Below, piece after piece: positions 1-10,400 of a DNA stretch of 40,537 nt. Under the pieces are notes generated by a model, which was not told the origin of the DNA, made no database searches, and worked only from the letters and a program-made list of their open reading frames with translations. The DNA comes from a virus (Duplodnaviria; Caudoviricetes). How positions within the stretch are numbered: the stretch's first letter is position 1; the number at the start of each line of letters is the position of its first letter. Position numbers and translations under genes: made by a program. The stretch is taken from positions 1 to 40,537 of the IMG/VR virus record IMGVR_UViG_3300044606_000221, one strand, 5' to 3'.

Positions 1-316
1 TGCGGTCCGACAACGGGTAGTAGGCCCGGATCAGCCGCTCGTAGTCGTCGAGAAATCCCTCGAGCGATGGGTACGAACGGAACCCCAGCACAAGATCCTG
101 ACGAACGCCGCCAGATTCCTCCCACGTCTTGGCGTCGAAACATGCCCCGCCACGTGCGCGCCAGGATCGAGTGCATTTGATTCCGACCAAGTTGTTGTGG
201 GTCATCATCGGCCTCGACCGGAACCAGCCCGTCTCGTGGGCCATCTGGACCGTTGCGCCAAGCGCGTTCACCTGTTTGCGCTCGGCAAGCACACGATAAA
301 GATCTTTGACATCCAT
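1..316 (-). CDS. Endolysin, GH73 glucosaminidase/FlgJ-like (3' part runs off the window start)
   Basis: Absent from the ORF track; manual translation from ATG 316: MDVKDLYRVLAERKQVNALGATVQMAHETGWF...NNLVGIK...KTWEE...FRSYPSLEGFLDDYERLI. The QxxxETGW, NNLxGIK and FRxYxS motifs are typical of GH73. Confidence 0.85.
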   Translation of the reverse strand, partial: MDVKDLYRVLAERKQVNALGATVQMAHETGWFRSRPMMTHNNLVGIKCTRSWRARGGACFDAKTWEESGGVRQDLVLGFRSYPSLEGFLDDYERLIRAYYPLSDR

Positions 317-320
317 GGCA

Positions 321-650
321 TCACACCATCCCCTTGAAATCCGAGTCCGTGCCCGCATACCACGGGTAGGCCGCAAAGTGAAACAACGCCACGGCAGCAT
401 AGGTCCACGGCAGAAACGGAATCAGGCCGAGCTCCACGAGGAACCCGGCCTGACAGATGAAGCGGATTTTCCCTCCAGACACGTCCGGCCATCGCCACGT
501 CCAGCGCGGGACCGGGACCGGGCCGAGCCGCCCCCACGAGAACTCGAAGCGGATGCGGCTCCCACAGAGGAGGGCCGCGACAAAATGTGCCGCCTCGTGT
601 ACCAGAGGAGGCAGGAGCGCCCATGCCAGCATCAGGATGTCGATGTCCAT
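321..650 (-). CDS. Small membrane protein, hypothetical
   Basis: GGAGGTGA RBS before ATG 650 (MDIDILMLAWALLPPLVHEAAH...); hydrophobic segments; HExxH-like HEAAH. Confidence 0.6.
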   Translation of the reverse strand: MDIDILMLAWALLPPLVHEAAHFVAALLCGSRIRFEFSWGRLGPVPVPRWTWRWPDVSGGKIRFICQAGFLVELGLIPFLPWTYAAVALFHFAAYPWYAGTDSDFKGMV

Positions 651-1117
651 GTGATCACCTCCAGATCTTCCGCGCTCGTTGCGGCGTCGATGTCTTTCAT
701 GAGGATTCGATACCGTGCGTCGAGAGCGGCGGCGGCATCGAAGCACGCGATGAATCCAGCCTTCGCGGTCGCGACAGGGACGGCGGGAAGAAGCTCGTCA
801 TCGATGGTATAGAGTGGCAGTGTCGCCTGGTTTGCGGCTTCGGCCTTCTGAAGAGCCACGGCGAACCGTCCGATGGACTCTTCACGGATGGAGAAGAACT
901 TTCCGGGATAGTCTTCAGGAAACGCCTCGATGCCCGGCGCGAGCGCGGCGGCGTATGCGTCCGTGATTTCTGCCTTCTTCCACGCCTTCCGCTCATCCAG
1001 CGTCAGTTCCGGCGCTCTCGGAGGAAGAAAAGCCTCGGGATGTTCCGCCGCGAAGGTCGCGAACTCCGCCGGGGTGTACGTTACGCCGTTGAAAACGATA
1101 GTTTCGATCATGTTCAT
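632..1117 (-). CDS. Hypothetical protein, probable tail fibre assembly/chaperone type
   Basis: 161-aa ORF with GGAGG RBS; C-terminal IDAATSAEDLEVITW resembles tail-fibre-associated protein ends; lies after the receptor-binding genes. Confidence 0.55.
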   Translation of the reverse strand: MNMIETIVFNGVTYTPAEFATFAAEHPEAFLPPRAPELTLDERKAWKKAEITDAYAAALAPGIEAFPEDYPGKFFSIREESIGRFAVALQKAEAANQATLPLYTIDDELLPAVPVATAKAGFIACFDAAAALDARYRILMKDIDAATSAEDLEVITWTSTS

Positions 1118-1122
1118 ACCTC

Positions 1123-1848
1123 CTACACTCTGAATCCCCGCGTGAGGGTGGCGGGGAAGGTGGAAAGGATGGCCGCGATTGGTTGACGAGATGTGAGAAG
1201 CGTTCCTACGGACGGCTTAACGATGCTTTGTCCTTCGAGATTCGGTCCGTTCGCCGTGAGTTGAGCAACTTCTGCCGCGCTCAGAACACGCGAGTAATAA
1301 CGTACGTCCTTGATGTTGCCTTTCCAGAACAATAATCCCGTGGCACTTGCGCCCAGAGAGAACGCCGTACTAGGGGTTCCCGGCACCGTGTTCGTTTTCG
1401 TCGCGACGAGGCTCCCATTCCTGTAGTATTTGCCGGTTGTCGCACCTCTGTCGTGTGTGGCGAGAATGTGCGTGAATACAGTATTCGGGAATTTCTCTTC
1501 GGTGTACTCAGACTCCACCTGTATGTAATGCACGTCGTTCGAGTTGTCCATGGCGATAAAAAGAGTCCCAGGGGTTGTTACAGAACGAAAACCCCAGCCG
1601 TTGCTTGTGGAGCTGCACAGCACAGTTGAAACGCTGGTGGCGAAGGGCTTCACCCACATTGACAGTGTCCATGCAGTTGTACTACGGCTGTGGGTTGCAG
1701 AAAGGTATTGGTTCGTGCCATTGAACGCGGCACCGTCAGCTGAGAATGTTACTCCGTTGTTGTTTGTGAGGTGTACGCTCCCGACAACATCATTGGCGTT
1801 TGCGGTGAGCGGCCACCTGTTGACGAGGCCGTTCGTGATGTCTTCCAT
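1123..1848 (-). CDS. LamG/concanavalin-A-like lectin-fold protein, putative receptor-binding protein
   Basis: GLVNRWPL, AAFNGTNQYL, WTLSMWVK, YYRNG, WKGNIKDVRYYSRVLSAAEV: classic LamG-like jelly-roll pattern. Confidence 0.85.
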   Translation of the reverse strand: MEDITNGLVNRWPLTANANDVVGSVHLTNNNGVTFSADGAAFNGTNQYLSATHSRSTTAWTLSMWVKPFATSVSTVLCSSTSNGWGFRSVTTPGTLFIAMDNSNDVHYIQVESEYTEEKFPNTVFTHILATHDRGATTGKYYRNGSLVATKTNTVPGTPSTAFSLGASATGLLFWKGNIKDVRYYSRVLSAAEVAQLTANGPNLEGQSIVKPSVGTLLTSRQPIAAILSTFPATLTRGFRV

Positions 1849-1851
1849 GGG

Positions 1852-2259
1852 TTAGGCGACCTTCCTTGCAACGAGAGTAAGAGCCTTTAACGTCACCGTC
1901 TGCCCAGTTCCGTTGTTATAAACTGCCAGTTTTCCGTAAGGGCAGTTCACGGAATCAAACAGGCAGGAGAGACGCTGCACTTCGGTGACTGCTGCAACTT
2001 TGACGCTGCATAAAAGAATGTTGTGCCCCTGATCGTAGATGTCGAAGTTGCCACCACTGGCAGCAGCCGGGAGCATGTATACGTCAATGGTCTTGTCTGC
2101 TTCTGGAGCTGTGTCAAACTGGAACTCAACCTGAATCATGCCACCGATGCACTTTCTGAAATCTACCTCCGTGGAAAGCGTTGCGGCGGTGTTGTTGGTG
2201 AGGGTGGTGTCGGTGGCAATCAGGATCACCGTGCTTTCGATAAGCTTACTCATCTTCAT
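1852..2259 (-). CDS. Hypothetical virion/tail-associated beta-rich protein
   Basis: 135-aa ORF with AAGGAGG RBS, tightly packed in the tail module. Confidence 0.6.
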   Translation of the reverse strand: MKMSKLIESTVILIATDTTLTNNTAATLSTEVDFRKCIGGMIQVEFQFDTAPEADKTIDVYMLPAAASGGNFDIYDQGHNILLCSVKVAAVTEVQRLSCLFDSVNCPYGKLAVYNNGTGQTVTLKALTLVARKVA

Positions 2260-2265
2260 TCCTCC

Positions 2266-3261
2266 TTAGTTCGCAATATCGAGCTGCCAGACCGGCAGTT
2301 CGAGAGTTGTTCCCGCCTCCGTGCGTCCCTCAATGCGGAACGAAACGGAGCCGGGAGCATCGGGATACGAAACCCCCAGCAGAAAAACGCCGGACGCGAC
2401 AATCTCTGTGCACGTCTCGTTTTTCTCGCTCCCCGCCCACACGGAACACCGCACCGTAGCACCTCCCGTTCCCGAGAGCACCGCGGAGCCGGAGAGGAGC
2501 ACCATGCACCCCCCGTCCGCGCCTTCTCCGCCGAGCATGGTGCCGGATCCGAGTTCCCCCCATGTGCTTCCGCTGACGGTCCCGCCGACGCCGAGTGCCA
2601 CCGGCAGCGGCGCAAGGGAATCCGCCGGCGGGGCGAGGAGTTTCACCCGCGTGATGCGTGCCGTACCCGCTCCGTAGGTCCGGGCGGAGACAGTGAGCGT
2701 CCACACGGCCCCGTCCGAAAGAGCGGCACCGTCGAGGGTGAACACATCCACGGCGCCGACGGTGTACGCCGGTCCCTCCTCCGTGACCGTGCTCGTACCG
2801 TCCGAGAGCGTTACGCGCACCCTTCCCGTCCCGCCGGCGGTCACGTCACGCTCGACGAGAAGCTCCATCACCGCAGACCTCCACGCCGAGCGAGCGATGA
2901 ACGCCCCCTCGTAGAGGTCCTCATATCCCTCCGCTTCGTCGGTCTCCATGACCTGCATCGTGTGGAAGAGCGTGAGCATGGAGGCTCCGCTCCCCCCTGC
3001 AGACGGCGGAAGCCATCCGCTCGCGAGCTTCCCGCTCGGTCCGGCGATGGGCATCGTGTCCGGAGCTGGCGTCACACTCGACGGCAGCCACGAAGTTGCG
3101 AGCTTTCCGTCCGCTCCCGAGACCGGAATCGCCGTCGCCGTGGGAGTCGCTGAGGTGGAGGCGCCGTTGATTCTGTCCACATACACATCTCCCCACTTCT
3201 TCGCGGGCTTCCCGAGCCCACCTTCCCCGTCGGCACGCGGAACAATGTTGCGCGTCGCCAT
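2266..3261 (-). CDS. Tail fibre-like protein
   Basis: Start MATRNIVPRADGEGGLG at ATG 3261 after AGGAGG; two copies of a PxxxxGKLxxxWLP motif; Gly/Thr-rich beta-type C-terminus. Confidence 0.65.
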   Translation of the reverse strand: MATRNIVPRADGEGGLGKPAKKWGDVYVDRINGASTSATPTATAIPVSGADGKLATSWLPSSVTPAPDTMPIAGPSGKLASGWLPPSAGGSGASMLTLFHTMQVMETDEAEGYEDLYEGAFIARSAWRSAVMELLVERDVTAGGTGRVRVTLSDGTSTVTEEGPAYTVGAVDVFTLDGAALSDGAVWTLTVSARTYGAGTARITRVKLLAPPADSLAPLPVALGVGGTVSGSTWGELGSGTMLGGEGADGGCMVLLSGSAVLSGTGGATVRCSVWAGSEKNETCTEIVASGVFLLGVSYPDAPGSVSFRIEGRTEAGTTLELPVWQLDIAN

Positions 3262-3286
3262 GTATGTGCTCCCTCCTTTCCTGCCG

Positions 3287-4393
3287 CTACAGTCGCGGCA
3301 TGATGTCGAGGTCCTCGTCCACGGTCCACTCATTCGAGTATCCCGGCACCAGGTTCGGCATCAGGCTCTCGCTGTCCGCGTCGAGCTCGAAAAACCCCTC
3401 CGAGACGGCGGTGATCCTGGTCCAGTTCGCCTCGTCCTCCCCGGGGGAAACACCCGGAACGCTCGTCCCCGTGCACCGGTAGGTATGGCCATCGAGGTAC
3501 GCCACCGCCTGCGGATACACATACGTCTCCGCAGGATTCCAGGGAGGAGCCGACGCTCCGTAGGCCGCAGCCGCCGATGCCGCCGCCGCTACGGCATACT
3601 CCTCCGCCGCATCCTCCGCCGATGCCGCCGCAACTTCCGATGCGGCCGCTCTTTCCGCGCTCAAGGACGCCGCCGCTTCCGATGCGGCCGCTCTTTCCGC
3701 GCTCAAGGACGCCGCCGCTTCCGACGCCTCCGCGGCCTCCTTGAGCAGGTTCACATCACTTATGGTTGTCGCCCGCAAAAGCGTCATCTCTGCGAGGGCA
3801 ACCCCGCGCAGCGCTCCCACGTCGGAGACGGCCTGATCCCTGGATGCCTCCACCGTCGTGACGGCCGTGTCCCGCGCCTCGCCGATCTCACCCAGGGCCG
3901 TGTCCCGCGCCTCCGCCAGTTCATTCCGGATCCCCGCCAGATCCGCCGCGACGGCGTCCAGGCGGTTCTCCGAGTTCCGCAGGAAATCGAGAACCGCATC
4001 AGCATTGATGTCCGTGTCCGCCACGCCCAGCTTCACCGCACGGGAGACCGCCTCCGCCAACTGCTGCGTCTGCATGACAATCCGATCCAGCGCCCGTTCC
4101 ACTTCCTCGGGATTCCACGGCCCCTGGTGGACGAGGTCAAGAGGCTGTACCACCGGCATGGCACGGATGAGTGTCACCTTCCACCCTGTCGGGAGAGGAT
4201 CCCCCACGACGGGATACAGCACCTTTCCGCCGCCGATGGAATAGTTGCTCTCCACAGGCTCCGTCACTCCTTCGGGAGAGGTAACATAGATCTCTACGTC
4301 CTCCGCATCCAGCACGGCGAAGGCGATCTCCCAGTTTCGCGCGACGCCGTTCGCCTCATAAACAACCTTCGTTCCCTGGGACATCACCGTCAT
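3287..4393 (-). CDS. Tail fibre protein (T7 gp17-like N-terminal anchor, Ala-rich coiled coil, C-terminal CBM-like module)
   Basis: N-terminus VYEANGVARNWEIAF...VTLIR...ERALDRIVMQTQQL is typical of podovirus fibre anchors; AAASE repeats; PWNPAETYVYPQAVAYLDGHTYRC...NWTRI resembles CBM5/12. Confidence 0.8.
   Translation of the reverse strand: MTVMSQGTKVVYEANGVARNWEIAFAVLDAEDVEIYVTSPEGVTEPVESNYSIGGGKVLYPVVGDPLPTGWKVTLIRAMPVVQPLDLVHQGPWNPEEVERALDRIVMQTQQLAEAVSRAVKLGVADTDINADAVLDFLRNSENRLDAVAADLAGIRNELAEARDTALGEIGEARDTAVTTVEASRDQAVSDVGALRGVALAEMTLLRATTISDVNLLKEAAEASEAAASLSAERAAASEAAASLSAERAAASEVAAASAEDAAEEYAVAAAASAAAAYGASAPPWNPAETYVYPQAVAYLDGHTYRCTGTSVPGVSPGEDEANWTRITAVSEGFFELDADSESLMPNLVPGYSNEWTVDEDLDIMPRL
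3634..3724. repeat. 42-bp tandem repeat (two full copies plus 7 bp) in the tail fibre
   Basis: cttccgatgcggccgctctttccgcgctcaaggacgccgccg at 3634-3675 and 3676-3717. Confidence 0.95.
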
Positions 4394-4418
4394 GTCTTTC
4401 ACCCCCTTCCCCGCGCAT

Positions 4419-4441
4419 AAAAAAAGCCGCCCGAAGGCGGC
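4419..4441 (-). terminator. Rho-independent terminator
   Basis: Minus strand GCCGCC-TTCG-GGCGGC-TTTTTTT, just after the 2199-aa gene. Confidence 0.85.
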
Positions 4442-4443
4442 AC

Positions 4444-7400
4444 CTACGGCGCGACGAGCGCCTTTCTCCTTCTCCGTTCCCTCTTCACCCATCCGAGCAG
4501 TGCCGTCGGGTCCCCGGATTGTGCGGCCAAAATCATGCGCTTGATGGCCACCACAGGAATATTTCCACCGAGCACCAACGTGTAGGCCTCGAGAAGAGCG
4601 AGCCCCGAATCGACGTAGTCCCCGCTCATGAACTCCGTCATGACCCGCGCCACGGCGTTCGCCACCGAATCGATCGGCGTTCCTCCCGGCCTCCCGATGG
4701 ACATGGATGCGAAGAGAGAACTCCCGATGATCGGAATGTTCGACACGAGCTGCCCACCCAGACGACGAACCACCTCTCTGCCATCCTCCGGCGGTTCTCC
4801 GTTCGACAGAAGATCCATGAGGATCACGCCGACGACGAGTCCCATGCTTCCGTAGAGCCCCTTCCTAAGCCGCCCGTGCCTGAAGTCGCCCACGATGTCA
4901 TGCACGGCGACACCCCAGATCTTATTCGCCTGGTTTCCGAACACCGTGAGCAGATTCAGCGTCTCGTTCCTGGCCATAAAGCGCGCCAGCTCCTTCGGAG
5001 ACGCAGCCTGCTGTGTGTTGAGCGTCACTCGCTGCGCCCGGTAGCGCGCCTCCTCCGAGGAGGCGCCACGGGCCAGTTCCGCCCTGTAAACCGCGTTCCA
5101 GCCAATGACCCTCGTGATGCCATCCAGAACGGCGAGCGGAACGAACCCGGCGAGTGCAGCCCGCTGCGCAGCGGTCGGTTTCCACGTTCGCTTCAGCTCC
5201 TCCAGCGTTCGGTCCAGCGCGGCCCGCTTAACCTGAGGATCCATTTCCCAGACCCGCCGCATCGTCTTCACGGGATGTGCCAGGAATTCTCCGACGGAAG
5301 CGACGAGGTGCGCCGCTCCGGCATCTCGGAGGTAGTAGATCAAAGCCTGGGGTTGCTTGATAGCCGTGGCGAAATTGTAGGCCAGGGCAGCCACGGCCAG
5401 GTTCGATCTCAGCCGCCGGGCCATCTGGTCTATTGTCTTGAATCCCTTGTAAAACTCCGGATCGGCAATGCGGTTTACGTACTCCTGAACCGCCTCCGCA
5501 GCGTCCCGGCCGAACTTCGCTTCCACCGAGGTTCGGAGACTCGGCATTCCCGGCTCGTCCCTCTCAGCAAAGACGGCGTGCAGTTCCTTCGTCAGCTTCC
5601 TGAAAGCAATGAAGTGTTCCTGCTCCCCCACGGCCCTTCTCCATGTGTAGAGCAGTCCCAGAGTTATCGGCTGTTGGAAGTCCTCGGGGACGTTCTTCCG
5701 CTCGCGGGACCACCCCCTTTCCACGTACTGGCGCTGCAGACCATTCACCCGGAGGGCCTCCCGTCGCGCTCCCTCCAGCCCTTCGTCGAGAGTTTCCCCA
5801 CGCCTGTTCGTCCAGGCTGTCCGGTACATGCGGATGTAGGCCTGCTGTGGAATGAACCCGAGATTGTCGGCGTCGAGCAACGCCTCCTCAAGGCGTTTCC
5901 TGTTTCGTTCGAACTCTTCGATGACTGACACCGCAAAGGCCTTCTCATCCACCGAGAGCACCGATGCCACCCTGGCGGCCAGTTCTTCGGAAACCCCGTT
6001 TCCGTATCTGAGCGCCGCCCGGTTTAGAGGATTGAACCACCCCGCGTAGATATGCAGACATTGATCCAGCGTCAGAGGTTCGACAACGCGCCGTTCCGGG
6101 TCGAACATACCTGCGTCTCCAATGCGCACTTCCGCGAGTTTCTTCTCCGTGATGCCGTACAGCTCCATGCGCTCCCGCATCCAATCCGCCCTTGCCTCCT
6201 CGGCGCGGAGTCGTCCGTCTTCTGCGGCATCCACGTTCTCGACGAAAAGCCTGTGCCAGGCCCCCCGAAAATCCACCGCACCATCAAGCCAGTCGAAGAG
6301 GCGAGAGGGGTTCAGGGTTTCCGCCCGGATTTTGTTGAGCCTCGAATCGGGATTCTTCCCGTCGGGAATCGTTCCGGGAGAAACAAGACGCCATCCCGGC
6401 TCCTTCTCCGTTCTTCCCCCCAAGGCGGCAAGAAGTTCCTCCCGCATAGTGTCGATCCGTTCCCGATCCGCAGCCTCTTTTGCCCGGTACTCTTCCACGC
6501 CCTCCGCCCGAATCTCCATGATCCGCTCGTGCAGCTGTCGCAATTCGTCGATACTCATGTCACTCAGAGAAACCCGGTCGAGCGAGGCAAGATCCTCCTC
6601 ATGCACCGTTTCCACCGCCTCCGGGTTCTCCGCAAGAAAAACCTCCATCTCCCTCCGGATTCGAAGGGTCTCCTCCCTGCGCTGCTTCAGGTCGTATCCG
6701 CGCAGGGTCTCCAGAATCTCCATTTTTCTGGGCCAGCTCACACCGCCCCGGGTGGACATCTCGATCTCCTTCACGAGCGTCCGGACTTCCTTCCGTTCCG
6801 CCTCGTGCAGCCGCCGCAGTCGCCGCAGCTCCGCCATGCGGATACGCTCCCGGAGCACTCCTGCGACGATGCCGCCGGCGCGTCCCGCGAAGAACGCCGT
6901 CCTGGAGTATTTCTGCGCCGCCTTCATCACCGCAGCGAGAGCATCGCTCTCCGTGACGAGCTGTCCGACCTTCGTCCGTCCCGTCACCTCGTCGATCACG
7001 TCACGCACGTTCGCACGGATCCACCTGGCCGCCGACTCCCTCGTCTTCCAAACCAGATCGCGCCAGGCAACCTCCCGCGTCTTTCCGTCCGTCGCTCCGG
7101 CGTCCTCCGTCGCTCCGGCGTCCTCCGTCGCTCCGGCAAAACCCTCCAGCGCTTCCCGAATCAGTCCGGACTCCCGATAGAGCCCCCACAGACGCACCCG
7201 AAACTCCTCAGTCGCCGCCGGATCGCCACGGTCCCTCGCCTCCTCGAAAGCCGTCTGCAGGGTTTTCCGTTCTTCCCGTACCGCCCTTTCCCTGGATTTA
7301 AGGTATGTCTTCGCCCCGGACGTTCCCATGCGCTCAACGATCCATGGCAAAGTCTCTCCCGTCACCTCAAGGACGGGCGGAAGAGGCTGCGGACGAACGG

Positions 7401-10400
7401 GAGCGTTCTTCAGCCTGAGCGCGAGTGCCTCGTCTCCCATGCCGAGAACCTGTGCCACCTTGTCCAGACTGGTTCCGGTCTTTCTGAAGATCATGGGCAT
7501 GCGCCGCTTGATCTCCCGCGCCGTCTCGCGTCCCACCAGTTCCGCGAGATCCTCGAAGCGGAGTCCTCCCTCGGCGACGATTTCCGAGACGAGCTTCCGG
7601 AAATCCGCGTAGGCGTTGCCCGCCTCGTCCGCCTCGTGTTGTCGTACAAGCCACTCATCGACGGCATCCACGCCCTCCCGCGTTCCCTCGAACCATGCGG
7701 GATCGAAGAGCGACTCCTCGTCCCCCTCCGCAGCCAGATCCGCCGCACGCTCCACCTCCCTGCCTCGCCGTTCCGCCTCTGCCTCTTCCGGTGCTGGAGG
7801 AAGATCCTCGAATCTCGCGGACGTGTCCTCCTCGGCCGTTTCCTCCGCCTCCGGAGGCTCTCCGCGGGCCGCCTGGTCGAATGCCTCGCGCTCGAAACGC
7901 TCCTCCGGCGTGGCGAGCATCCTGTCGAACACCCCACGGACCTCCGGCGACACCTCCACATTCAGGGCCGACACACTCCGGTACAGTGCCGTCAGCCACT
8001 GCCGGAACTTCTCGAAGACGTCCCGCAATCCCGAGCTGGGCGCCCTTCCGGTCATAAGGTACGCCTCGAATCCGCGAGCAAACCGCTCATGCTGTTCCCT
8101 TGTGAGCGCCCCGTCGCTCTCAAGCCATTCGAGGACGGTCGTCCAGTCCCTCCTCGCCTGCTCCGACAATTTCCCAGCCTGTTCCAGGTCGCGAAGGAAA
8201 AGGTGTCCCGTTTCGTGCAGCAGCGTGGACCGGTCTGCCCCCTCGAAAAGGCGGATCACCGTCCGCCCCCGCTCGAACTCGATAGCCCCCCTGGGCGGTC
8301 CGGAATCCGTGCCGTGATAGAAACCCGGATGCTGCTGCCGAAGCTTGACAAGATCGGCTTCGGTCTTTACACTCAGGCTAAGAAAGCTCTCTAGGCGCGA
8401 ACCCCCGGTGAACCCGATGCCGGCTCGGTCAAGCCAAAGGGAGCTTTTATCTATGTTGATGTACCGTAAATTACCCTTCTCGATCTGCCTGATAAACCAC
8501 TGATTGTCCGCCCCTCCAGAAGTTCCCTTCCCGTAGGCACTTGAAAGCTTGTTCACGAAATACCCACCAATGTGTAACTTCACATCAAGGTGCAGGGCTG
8601 CGACGATTGTCGCTCCATCCTTGTCCAGCAATTCGAGCATGGCGACAAGGCCACGGTATTTCCCTGAGGCGTCCGACTCGAAGATTGCGATAGGGTCAGC
8701 AAGTGCCTCTGGGATCTGCTTGATAAGATCCGGACCGATCCCCGGATGATCCTGCAGAATCTTCACGATTTTTCCGGCCCGTATCACAACCGGCAGAACC
8801 TTCGCTCCGATCAGATGAAACGCAAGCGGCGTTGTCATCACAGGGACCTCATCGCGAGGAGAAATTCCACCGCTCAACACCTGATCGACCGTATTGCTCC
8901 ACGCCGCTGCATCCTGCTGCAGTTTGGCGTCCGCATTCCGCTGATAGAACGTCTCCGCCTTCCGAGGTTTGAACCTCCGCGAGGGAGGGACGACGTTGCC
9001 CTCCATGTCGCGGACGACGGGACCGGAGAGCTTCCGGTTGTTCCTCGTATCCTTGTAGACGTAGGACTCCCCGTCGTCATAACCCAGCTCCGCGATGGAG
9101 TTGCCGTCCCACCAGAGATCCTTCAGGGGAACCCTCGTCTCGATAATGCGGAACCCGCCACGAATCCAGGCACCCGCCAGCTCGGCATAGGCCCGGGATG
9201 GCGTCACCCAATCGCCGTTTCGGAAGCTGCCTTCCTTGACTCCCTTCGGCACGGCACGGTAGACGGTCAGAGCCGTCAGCCCGTCTCCCTTCGCCTCGTC
9301 CTGCCGTAGTGCGGCCAGAACGGCCCGAAAGGCTTCCTGCTCTTCGCTGCCGCTCATATACCACTCTGGATGAGACCAGTAGTCGTCGGGAACGGGGCTG
9401 GATTCCCGGATTCCGGCAAGGCAGTAATCTTCCCTGTTGGGCGCTCGGTGTTGCATCCGGTAATCCTCGTCCGAGCCGTACCCCGCCACCCTTGCCGCCT
9501 CATCGACGATGGCCTGGGCTGCATCCATGTCCCCGGCCTCGACGGCGGCGAAATAGCGTTTGTCAAGGGCCTTGGCATCGTTTTGGGATCCTTCTCCGGT
9601 GTCGATTTTTTCCAGAGCGGTCTGCTGACGGTAGACAAACTGCTCCACGTCGAAGGCAGGATCTTCAGCCCCCTCACGTCGAATTTCCAACCCCTGGCGC
9701 TCATACCACTCCTTCGCGGAAACCCCTTCCTCGCGGGCCACCACCGTAGCTCTGGCAGCGAGCAGCGCCGCGAAGCCTCCGGCCTCCTCCTCGGACACCC
9801 CCGCTCTGATGGCGGATTCCCGCGCCGCCTCGAAGATCTCCGCAGCCTCCTTTCGCGCCTGTTCGGCCTTCCCCGAATCCGGCATCTCCTTCCGGTGGAG
9901 CATCACGTCCATGCCGACACCGAAGAGGGCTCCGACGAACGATGCGGGAAGCCCCTCCCGCCACGCGATCTCCGTCAAATTCATCTCGTCCCAAGGAGTT
10001 CCCTCGCCAAACCGCTGCGAAATGATCCCCTGAAGCGTCTCCTGACCCCCCTCGGAAATCGCCCCGGCAAGAGCACCACGAAGAGCTTGTGTCACGCCCT
10101 CCGAGACTCCGAGGTGGCCCAACAGCTTCCCCACAGCTTCGTTGTCGCCGAAGAACCCGAGTTTGTCCGTCAGGAAATTCAGCGGCATGTTCAGCCAGAA
10201 CGTGGAAGAGGCCGACGAGGACGCAAGCCGCTCGTCTCCGGTCCTTTCCAGAACCTGAAAATAGACACTTCCTCCCTCGGAGAGCGCCTCAAGAGCTGCG
10301 GAAACCGTCGTTCCAGCATACCGCGCCAGCGCGTGTACCGCGCTTCCGGACAGAAGAGCGCCACCGGCGCCGAGACTTCGGGCGATGAACGCCCCCGGCA

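Noticed and set aside
1123-4393. Diversity-generating retroelement, suggested by the BPP-1-like virion genes and a lectin-fold gene
   Set aside because: No reverse transcriptase ORF and no template/variable repeat pair seen in the window
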